Sequence record: SRR20825010_708
Length of the DNA: 63,826 nucleotides
Strand: one strand, 5' to 3'
Every line of letters begins with the position of its first letter. The first letter of the stretch is position 1. Below are positions 19,201 to 26,450 of this stretch, piece after piece. The position numbers and the translations under genes are program-made. The notes under the pieces were generated by a model. The model had not been told where the DNA came from and made no database searches. It saw only the letters and a program-made list of their open reading frames with translations.

Positions 19201-20774
19201 GGTCCGACGTACTCAATTCCAAGTCCCGGATTGTACGCGAGGACAACTTCTTCAGCCTGGGCGGGCACTCATTGCTCGCGCTGCAGGCCATCCGCAGGAT
19301 AGAGAGCCAGACCGGCATCAAACTGACCCCGGAAGACATCGTCGGGCTCAGCCTGAGTGAAATCGCCGAGAAAGTCTCCCACAGCACGCCGGCCTCCGCC
19401 GGGCACGAAGACTCACCGGCGGATCTGCCCACGGCCCAGCGGCGCTTGCTGAGCCATGAACAGACCCGGCTGCTGCTGCGGCAGCTGTCCTACCCGGACA
19501 ACGTGTGTAACAACCTGCCCGCGTCCTGGTTCCTCGAAGGCAACCTTGATATTGATACGTTCACCCGTAGCCTGATCAAGGTTTTCGAGCGCCAGACCGC
19601 GCTGCGAACGGTCATTACCCAGGTGGATAGCCGCTACCAGCAAGGCATCCTGCCAGTGAAGCAGGTCCCCGTACTCGATGTTGTGGACCTAACCGGCGAG
19701 GATAACCCCGAGCAAACGGCGCTGAAACGCTCACGGGACCTGGCGTTCAAACCCTTCAAGGTGCTCGACCGGCCGCTGTTCCGCTCCACGCTGTTTGTGC
19801 TGGGCGATGCCCGCTACCACTACGTGTTCGTGCCACATCAACTGGTCTTCGATGGCTGGTCGTTTGATATCTTCCTCAAGGAACTGGAGGACGCCTATCT
19901 GGTACAAAGCAATACGGAACGGGAAAAAGCCAACAAACTGGCGTTCGAGTTCCGGGATTACGCTGAGTGGTCAATTGAAAAAGGTGCGTCGACAGAGGAT
20001 GTCGATTACCACAGGGCCAAGATTGCCGGCGTCCTGGAATCCGAGGCCCGCGAGAACGAGAACTACGGCAAACCCAACCAATGTGCCCGGGAGACCCTGA
20101 ACTTCCCGGAAGCAAGCCTGGCGATGGTGGAAAAGGTGGGTAATGAACTCGGGCTCAAACTTCACGAGATCCTGTTCTGCCTGTTCGCGGAGACCATCTC
20201 CCGGTCGCACAAAGACAACCGTATTGTGCTTGGCGTGCCCACGTCCGGCCGTCAACGCGCCGACGTGATCAACCTGATTGGTAGCTTTGTGACCACCATT
20301 CCCTGTTTGCTTCAGGCGCCATCGTCCAGCTTCCGGGAGCGCATTGCCAGCCTGAGCGACCAACTCAGGGAAACACTGGACCATCAGACGGTGACCTACG
20401 CTGATATCGTCCGTAACACGCCTGCCGAGAGGGAGCTGTTTCCGGAGTTTGTCCAGGCCAGCTTTGCTTTTCAGGACATCCGCAACCGGCCAACCTCCAT
20501 TGCCGACCTGGCGCTCAGGCAACTGGACCTGCCCCGGCTGAACACCGAATACCCGGTGGAGTACTGGGTGCGGATCCAGCCTGGTGGTTTCATTGGCGTG
20601 TTTGACTACAACGAGGCTTCTGTTGATTCAGAGACGGTACAGTCGCTCAAGGAGACCTTTGCCGGACTTGTTGCGGACCTTGAAAGACTTATCAATGAGG
20701 TGCCCTCAGAACCAAGCCAGTCAAAAACACCGGTCGCCAAGAAGCCGTTCTGGAGGAAGCTGTTTCAGTCATGA
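16269..20774 (+). CDS. NRPS: C-A-T-C (terminal C with variant active site), no thioesterase
   Basis: C1 HHIVCDGWS; A: YIIYTSGSTGKPKG, NMYGPTE, YATGD; T: LGGHSL; C2 HQLVFDGWS. ATGA overlap with the upstream gene. Confidence 0.95.
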   Translation: MSSASFNPFAGGELLRVAPATGPQREIIASAQLSDVANTAFNEAVSVKLSGNLDVNLLRQCFDDLIAKHDILRATFSRNGTEICLHDTSTFQLEVEDLNGGTPSEQEAAIRDLWKNIAISPMNLEEGPLLFAWLMKLDSNTHELVLAAHHIVCDGWSIGLMLTELAESYGSQRAQSDDSGADISFFDYAEMVDSKEISNIDNDYWIDRFAEVPPNLDLPLDYPRPHFRTFEATRLDYRIDPELAKRLPKAAAAMKVSMVNMVLASYFVLLHRLTSSDDIVVGLPVAGQATQNRLKQVGHMVHLLPIRAQLTPDTRFSELCKQVKSEVLNASEHSNFTFGKLIEAINVDRTRVPLINTIFNIDQPLESIQFGDIEGKVRTVPRAAENFEMFLNILPSSDSLTIEATYSTALFSEATIVSWLEALERILATATADVEIAVGSIALAEQEPNVVQRANDTQRDMPHGTVIDALQHHVSATPDAFACAFGDRSWTYQQLDERSNAVAASLANQGIAAGNTVAVCVERSDAALAAIVGILKLGAIYLPLDPDFPEARLQYMIEDSEASAVIVDSQTPAAIAGVNLLKVDINEAIEPASAEASPVPPVRIDPEQTAYIIYTSGSTGKPKGVLVPHRALINFLESMSDKPGCTANDRLLAVTTFSFDISFLELLLPLTQGATTVIADKDSVKDGEKLRRLILDHQISIMQATPATWRMLLDTDWRQDGVRMKGLCGGEPLPQDLVRDLLGCLDELWNMYGPTETTVWSTCHPLRLTDKLISIGKPIHNTQVHILDRERNPVPLSCPGELYIGGLGLATGYHNRPDLTSEKYIDHPLHGRLYATGDLAKWTPDGNLQHLGRMDDQVKVRGYRIELGDIESALAACADIKSACAYVWELAPGDARIVGCVVSESGDVPNVVSIRKELRKLLPAYMIPQYIIAIDSIPLSPSGKMDRRRLPKPELRESSILKASALANQTEEMIADVWSDVLNSKSRIVREDNFFSLGGHSLLALQAIRRIESQTGIKLTPEDIVGLSLSEIAEKVSHSTPASAGHEDSPADLPTAQRRLLSHEQTRLLLRQLSYPDNVCNNLPASWFLEGNLDIDTFTRSLIKVFERQTALRTVITQVDSRYQQGILPVKQVPVLDVVDLTGEDNPEQTALKRSRDLAFKPFKVLDRPLFRSTLFVLGDARYHYVFVPHQLVFDGWSFDIFLKELEDAYLVQSNTEREKANKLAFEFRDYAEWSIEKGASTEDVDYHRAKIAGVLESEARENENYGKPNQCARETLNFPEASLAMVEKVGNELGLKLHEILFCLFAETISRSHKDNRIVLGVPTSGRQRADVINLIGSFVTTIPCLLQAPSSSFRERIASLSDQLRETLDHQTVTYADIVRNTPAERELFPEFVQASFAFQDIRNRPTSIADLALRQLDLPRLNTEYPVEYWVRIQPGGFIGVFDYNEASVDSETVQSLKETFAGLVADLERLINEVPSEPSQSKTPVAKKPFWRKLFQS

Positions 20775-20790
20775 CGGGAAGTAACGGGCA

Positions 20791-21534
20791 ATGATAGAAC
20801 CTTTTTTCTTTGATAACAGCCGCCTGTTCGGCTGCTATTCGTCTGCGACGGACCCCAATGCAGAAAAAGTCGTGGTTGTGTGCCCACCGCTTTTTGACGA
20901 GTACCGGCGCACTTACCGGGCCTTGTCGGAATTGTCCGTGGCCATTTCCGAGCGCGGGAATCATGCGTTTCGCTTCGACTACTACGGAACAGCAGAATCC
21001 CAGGGACTGTTGTCGGAGGCAACCATAGAAGTCTGGTTGTCCGATATCCAAAAAGCGATTGATGAAGCCATCGCTGTCTCCGGTGCCAACCATGTGGTGT
21101 TATTGGGCGTGCGGTTTGGTGCAACACTGGCGGCACAAATTAACCATGCATCCGTAAAGGAATTCCTTTTCTGGGATCCAGTGCTGTCCGGAGAACGCTA
21201 CGTTGAGTGGCTGAATGAGATCGATGCCATCCTGCGCAAGCGGCATCAGTCAGCGGCACGCGAGAACAATGTTCCCTTCGAAAACATAGAGTACAGGAAC
21301 TTCGACCTTCCCTCAGGGCTGGTAACCGGCATACGCGAACTGGCTATTCCCGAGAGTACCCTGAACAACCCCGACCTGTGCTTCACCGTCTCAACCGATC
21401 CGGAATTCTGCAAAAGCTCAGGACTAAGCAACTGCGCCTATCCCGGCCTCAGCTACGATTGGCCGTATTACCACGACGGCGTAATCACCCAGAAACCGGT
21501 ACTCGAAGCATTACTGGACAGGGTATTCGCATGA
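20791..21534 (+). CDS. Alpha/beta hydrolase-fold protein resembling exosortase A system-associated hydrolase 2
   Basis: RFDYYGTAES, elbow LLGVRFGATLA (G-x-R-x-G, no Ser), LFWDPV. Confidence 0.75.
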   Translation: MIEPFFFDNSRLFGCYSSATDPNAEKVVVVCPPLFDEYRRTYRALSELSVAISERGNHAFRFDYYGTAESQGLLSEATIEVWLSDIQKAIDEAIAVSGANHVVLLGVRFGATLAAQINHASVKEFLFWDPVLSGERYVEWLNEIDAILRKRHQSAARENNVPFENIEYRNFDLPSGLVTGIRELAIPESTLNNPDLCFTVSTDPEFCKSSGLSNCAYPGLSYDWPYYHDGVITQKPVLEALLDRVFA

Positions 21535-22379
21535 TCAAGGAACGGATATTCACCTATGGGGAACACCAGCACGGCATTGGCGTTCTCTCCGAGCCTGAAG
21601 ACACCTTCAACAGCCCCATTGTGGTGCTGCTGAACGCCGGCCTGTCCCACCGGGCGGAGCCCTATCGGCTGAATGTACTGCTCGGCCGCCAACTCGCGGA
21701 ACTGGGTTATATCGCGTTGCGGGTGGACCTGTCTGGCAAGGGGGACTCCCCAGCCCACGAAACCATGACCAACCGGGAATCAGTGGCCCTCGACTGGTCA
21801 TTCATGAAGAAATCCCTCGAAAAGCTCTATGGCTCCAGGCCCCTGCTGATCTTCGGTTTGTGTTCAGGTGCCGACAACGGCATCAAACTCTGCGCCCAGG
21901 ACCCATCCATCAAGGGGCTTATCCTTCTGGACCCGGTGTCCCGGCAGGACGAAGGTTTCGCGAAGCGAGAACTGCTCCGGAAGCTGACAAACCCTAACAA
22001 GTGGTTGAATATCCATAAAATTGTCTCCCGCAGGCTGAAACAGAACACCAGCGGTGAACACTCGCTGCTTAGCTCCCCCATGGACTTGCGGGATGAGCCC
22101 AATGAAGACGATATGGACCGTTGCTTCGAGAGCCTGGTGGAAAAAGATGGCCGGGTGTTCGCCGTGTTTACCAGCCAAACCCTCTACCACTACAACAAGC
22201 TTGGCCAGTTCGCCTCTGCCATGGACATCAAAGGCCTTGAACCCATTATCGAGGAAGTCTTCTGGCCCAATGCCAAGCACATCTTCTCCATCGAAGTGCA
22301 CCGACAACGCCTGATCGGCACCATTACAGACTGGGCCAATAAACAACTGGATCACTTGAAGACCCTGAAACCGGAATGA
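21531..22379 (+). CDS. Alpha/beta hydrolase-fold protein resembling exosortase A system-associated hydrolase 1
   Basis: LRVDLSGKGDS, elbow FGLCSGAD, late His (AKHIF). True start at ATG 21531 overlapping the upstream stop (ATGA). Confidence 0.75.
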   Translation: MIKERIFTYGEHQHGIGVLSEPEDTFNSPIVVLLNAGLSHRAEPYRLNVLLGRQLAELGYIALRVDLSGKGDSPAHETMTNRESVALDWSFMKKSLEKLYGSRPLLIFGLCSGADNGIKLCAQDPSIKGLILLDPVSRQDEGFAKRELLRKLTNPNKWLNIHKIVSRRLKQNTSGEHSLLSSPMDLRDEPNEDDMDRCFESLVEKDGRVFAVFTSQTLYHYNKLGQFASAMDIKGLEPIIEEVFWPNAKHIFSIEVHRQRLIGTITDWANKQLDHLKTLKPE

Positions 22380-24190
22380 AATTCGTCCTGATCACCAGTT
22401 CGCTGATCCTGATCGCCATCCTTGCCGTGCTCGGCTATCGCGCAGACGACGTAAAGCTGTGGCTGGGCGATGTCACCATGCCCATGCGCGAAAACATGCA
22501 ACGGGCCCGCAATGTCATGGTTCCCATGCGCGACGGTGTGAAGCTTGCAACAGACGTATACCGGCCGCTTGGAAACAAACGCCATCCGGTTATATACATT
22601 CGCACCACCTATGGCGGCATCGAATTCAGCACCGTCCGGCACTTCGTCAGGCACAACTACGCCGTGATCGTACAACATGTCCGTGGCCGATTTTACTCAG
22701 AGGGTCGTTACAAGAGCCCCTACTTGACTGCAAAGCAAGACGGCTACGACACCATCGAATGGTTGGTTGAACAGCCCTGGTCAACCGGCAAAATCGGAAC
22801 ATTTGGATGCTCCTACCTGGGTGAAAGCCAGATCATACTTGCCGCGGCCAACCACCCGAATCACATCGCCATGATTGCGTCCGGCGCCGGCGGTGCCGCC
22901 GGCAAGGTCAAGGACACGTTTGGCTATTTTGGCGTGTTCGAAAACGGCGTGTTGAACCTGGCTTCTTCATTAGGGTGGTTCACCGCTGAGGGCGCAAAGG
23001 ATTTCAAGGTAACGCCACGCCCCGACGATTACGAAGAGCGAATGCGTACCTATATGACCCACCTGCCCGTTTCCGGGATTGCAGACAAGATCGTTCCCTA
23101 CGAAACTGGCTTCGATGACATTATTCGCCACCCCTTAACGGACAACTGGTGGGACGAAGAAGGCTACACCCACCCGGACGACGAGTTCTCGGTGGCCACA
23201 CTGCATATCAACGACTGGTTCGACCAAACGGCCCATAACACCTTCAAGCTGGCCGAACACATGGCAGAGAACGCCCGCCATCCCCGAGCGAAGTCCCAGC
23301 CTGTACTGATCGCACCAGGCGTGCATTGCGGCGCCGGAAAACTGAAGCCCGGGGAAGTCACCATTGGTGAGATGTCGTTTGATTACGCCGGCAAAGATTT
23401 CCGGCAAACCTACATCGACTGGTTTGATTATTGGCTGAAAGACGAACCAACGGACCTGCCACCCGATTTCGAGTATTACTCGATCCATTCCGGGGAATGG
23501 AATACCTCTGAGCAGTGGCCGCCTGCCGATGCCAGCGACCAACGCCACTATTTCATGCCGGGCAATCGCCTGGTAAAGGAGGCGGACCTAAACAGCGCCC
23601 CTGAGCAAAGTGGCCCGTTGTATGAACAGTTTACCTACGACCCTTTAGATCCCGTCCCCACCCTCGGCGGGCCAATCTGCTGTACTTACAGGCCGGAAGA
23701 TAAACCCGGGCCGCTCGACCAGAGGCCACTGAAATCACGTCAGGATGTGTTGGTTCACGCAAGTGACCCACTGGAGCAGGACATGGAATTGGTTGGCAAT
23801 GCCAACGTTGTCCTCTACGTGTCGACCAACGCCCAGGATACGGATTTTACCGTCAAGATGGTCGACCAGTACCCGGATGGCAGGGCCTTTAACCTCCAGG
23901 ATGGCGTCGTCCGCCTGCGTTACCGGAACGGTATCGACAACCCAAGCCCCGTCGAACCGGGCCGCATCTATCGGGTTGAACTGGAAATGAGGCCCATTGC
24001 CTATCGCTTCCGGAAAGGACACCGGCTCGAGTTCCACATTTCAAGCAGCAACTTTCCACGCCTGGCGCGGAACCTCAACACCGGAAAAGACGAATACAGC
24101 GATTCGGATACGTTTGTCGCCACCAACAGGGTTTACTTTGGTGGAGACACCCCGTCCTCCGTGGCATTGCCCATAAAAACATCGGAATAG
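22376..24190 (+). CDS. CocE/NonD (peptidase S15-like) serine hydrolase/acyltransferase with N-terminal signal or anchor
   Basis: VPMRDGVKLATDVYRP, RGRFYSEG, GCSYLG nucleophile, C-terminal FRKGHRL...SSSNFPR; hydrophobic N-terminus. Confidence 0.9.
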   Translation: MKFVLITSSLILIAILAVLGYRADDVKLWLGDVTMPMRENMQRARNVMVPMRDGVKLATDVYRPLGNKRHPVIYIRTTYGGIEFSTVRHFVRHNYAVIVQHVRGRFYSEGRYKSPYLTAKQDGYDTIEWLVEQPWSTGKIGTFGCSYLGESQIILAAANHPNHIAMIASGAGGAAGKVKDTFGYFGVFENGVLNLASSLGWFTAEGAKDFKVTPRPDDYEERMRTYMTHLPVSGIADKIVPYETGFDDIIRHPLTDNWWDEEGYTHPDDEFSVATLHINDWFDQTAHNTFKLAEHMAENARHPRAKSQPVLIAPGVHCGAGKLKPGEVTIGEMSFDYAGKDFRQTYIDWFDYWLKDEPTDLPPDFEYYSIHSGEWNTSEQWPPADASDQRHYFMPGNRLVKEADLNSAPEQSGPLYEQFTYDPLDPVPTLGGPICCTYRPEDKPGPLDQRPLKSRQDVLVHASDPLEQDMELVGNANVVLYVSTNAQDTDFTVKMVDQYPDGRAFNLQDGVVRLRYRNGIDNPSPVEPGRIYRVELEMRPIAYRFRKGHRLEFHISSSNFPRLARNLNTGKDEYSDSDTFVATNRVYFGGDTPSSVALPIKTSE

Positions 24191-24227
24191 ACTCACTGGC
24201 GCAATCCGTTGCGTAAAGGAGACAACA

Positions 24228-25049
24228 GTGAATAAAGCCTTGAAGAACCGGATCATCAATAGCATCGAACTGCTGCCCTATGGTCACGACCTCTACCTCC
24301 ACATGGCCAGGAAGCGGCTGGGCATTACCTACCGGGGCATTTACGATTCCTTCCACGAAGCCCAGCAGCAGGCCATCAGCCAGTTGGCCAACGAGTACGA
24401 CGTCATCAACCAAAACAAGGGGGAACATCTGGAGCAGGAGCTGCCAGTACTGGACAAACGGGTGCTGGATATCGATTACCCGTTGTTATTCTGGCTCTCC
24501 CGGCTGATGCAGCCTTCCCAACGGCTACTGGAACTGGGCGGCAGTATCGGCCAGGGGTTCTACAGTTTCGAAAATTTCTTCTCGTACCCCGACGGACTCC
24601 AATGGGTGATCGCAGAGTTGCCGGCGGCCGTCGAAGCCGGGCGTAAAATCGCCAGCCAGAAAGACGAAATACGGCTCGCATTCATCGACAGTAACGACAT
24701 GGGCGAGGAAGACGCCGCAGACATCTTCATGACGGCAGGCACACTGCAATACATGGACACCAACATTGCCGACACCGTGAGCCAGCTCCAGCGGCTTCCC
24801 AAGCATGTGTTGGTCCACAACCTGCCCGCCCACCCGACGGAAGACTTCTGGACACTGCAATACCTGGAAGTCTGCGAAGTGCCCTATCACATCAGCTCGC
24901 AAGCCAACCTGGTGAGTGACATGGAAAAGGCAGGGTACCGATTGGTGGACCGGTGGAAAAACCCGCGCCGGATAGAAATCCCCTACCATCTGGAGAAAAC
25001 CGTAGAGCACTACCACGGGTTTTATTTCACGGTTAATGATCCGAAGTGA
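24228..25049 (+). CDS. Putative SAM-dependent methyltransferase (LIC12133-like family)
   Basis: DYPLLFWL, LELGGSIG (motif I variant), AGTLQY. Confidence 0.7.
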   Translation: MNKALKNRIINSIELLPYGHDLYLHMARKRLGITYRGIYDSFHEAQQQAISQLANEYDVINQNKGEHLEQELPVLDKRVLDIDYPLLFWLSRLMQPSQRLLELGGSIGQGFYSFENFFSYPDGLQWVIAELPAAVEAGRKIASQKDEIRLAFIDSNDMGEEDAADIFMTAGTLQYMDTNIADTVSQLQRLPKHVLVHNLPAHPTEDFWTLQYLEVCEVPYHISSQANLVSDMEKAGYRLVDRWKNPRRIEIPYHLEKTVEHYHGFYFTVNDPK

Positions 25050-25140
25050 GTAACCCTTCGGTCCGCGTTCCGTCCAATTGACGGCTTTCTGCGGTCTACC
25101 TATAATTTTTTTACGCCATCCCGAGTAGGAGCAGGCGAGC

Positions 25141-26109
25141 ATGGATACAGCTGAACAGATAGCCGTTCCCGAAACGGCAAACCAAGTGAAAAACGATCAG
25201 CCTGCAGCACCCACGGGCAGGTTCAAGGTCTGGGTTGAAGACGAAACGGACTTTTCCCTGAACAGCATCTCGCTCCTTGGGCACAACTTCTATGAACACC
25301 CTCTGCTCCAGCTTGATCAACTGGAAGCATTGGCTCACCGCCTGCTGCCCTCAAAACAATGCCGCTTTATCGCCCCTGGTGCCAAGCAGAGTTCCAAGTT
25401 CATTCATCACGCCGAAAGCCCGGACGGGCGCGATCTTTCCGACGTCTTTGCAAACATCTCGGAACCCGGCTCCTGGGTGGCTTTGTACAATGCAGAAACC
25501 GACCCGCAGTATGCCGGTCTCGTCAACGAGGCTATCTCATCCGTCGAGCACCTGGTTGATCGGGAGCAGCCTGGCATTTTCAGCCCGCAGGCGTTCATTT
25601 TCATCTCCGCGCCTCCGTCAGTAACGCCCTTTCACATCGACCGGGAGAACAACTTTTGGCTGCAGATACACGGCCGTAAAATCATGAACGTCTGGGATTC
25701 CCACGACAGAGGCATCATCCCCGCCTATACCGTGGAAAGCTTCATCATCGACGGCTCCCTTCACGACGTCATCCTGAAGGACGAGTTCATGGACGCTCGC
25801 CACGAGTGGGACCTTGGCCCCGGAGAAGGTGTCTATTTCCCCAGCACCTCGCCCCACTCAACACGTACCGAGAATACCTGGGTAACCCCGGATAACGGCG
25901 TAACGGTTTCTATTGGCATTGTCTTCTATACCAAAACCACCCGCAGGCAGGCCTATATCCATTCGCTGAATCGACTGTTACGGCGGTTTGGTGTGTCTCC
26001 GAGGTTTCCTGGTGAGTCGCCTTTTGATGGCATTAAATTCGGTCTGGGGAGATTGCTCGTGGGTTTGAAGAAGCGGCTCAGGGGATACAAGCCGCCCACT
26101 GGTTTCTAG
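25141..26109 (+). CDS. JmjC/cupin-like oxygenase
   Basis: TPFHIDRENNFWLQIHGRK...YFPSTSPH (H-x-D...H). Confidence 0.8.
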   Translation: MDTAEQIAVPETANQVKNDQPAAPTGRFKVWVEDETDFSLNSISLLGHNFYEHPLLQLDQLEALAHRLLPSKQCRFIAPGAKQSSKFIHHAESPDGRDLSDVFANISEPGSWVALYNAETDPQYAGLVNEAISSVEHLVDREQPGIFSPQAFIFISAPPSVTPFHIDRENNFWLQIHGRKIMNVWDSHDRGIIPAYTVESFIIDGSLHDVILKDEFMDARHEWDLGPGEGVYFPSTSPHSTRTENTWVTPDNGVTVSIGIVFYTKTTRRQAYIHSLNRLLRRFGVSPRFPGESPFDGIKFGLGRLLVGLKKRLRGYKPPTGF

Positions 26110-26283
26110 GTACAAACCTCCTCCGGCAATGCGCTCGGTCTGGACCAAGGCTTATCTATACTATCCCTTACTCTTCCGACTTATAGGACACTTATACGTT
26201 AAGTGCATATACCTCGATTTAACATTCAAAAACGATTGAAGTAAGCATTAGAAAATACCGTAACCACCAACAATACTTGTAAT

Positions 26284-26308
26284 TGTCCGAACACAAAATT
26301 TTCGGACA
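26284..26308. promoter_or_regulatory. Inverted repeat TGTCCGAA-N9-TTCGGACA, candidate transcription-factor operator
   Basis: Perfect 8-bp palindromic arms in an AT-rich intergenic region, with an extra TTTCGGAC half-site at 26316-26323. Confidence 0.45.
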
Positions 26309-26450
26309 TAGGTTCTTTCGGACGACTCACCCAGTAAAACGAAGATACAAAACAAAAAGAATCCGCGTTCAAAGACATTCGTCGGCGTCTCAGTACACGC
26401 TTGAACCTAGAAGTCCGTATCTTTAAACCCAGTCGCCAGAGGACGCTCCC

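Noticed and set aside
9583-20774. Assignment to a known product (microcystin, mycosubtilin, siderophore)
   Set aside because: It shares only the KS-AT-ACP-AMT-C arrangement. It is far too short, and there is no TonB receptor, fatty-acyl ligase or other pathway gene.
21378-21530. N-terminal extension of the second hydrolase in the ORF track
   Set aside because: It overlaps the upstream gene; ATG 21531 with an ATGA overlap is more plausible. Extensions at 8698, 9502, 30353, 30375, 40352, 44404, 46754 and 49014 were trimmed for similar reasons.
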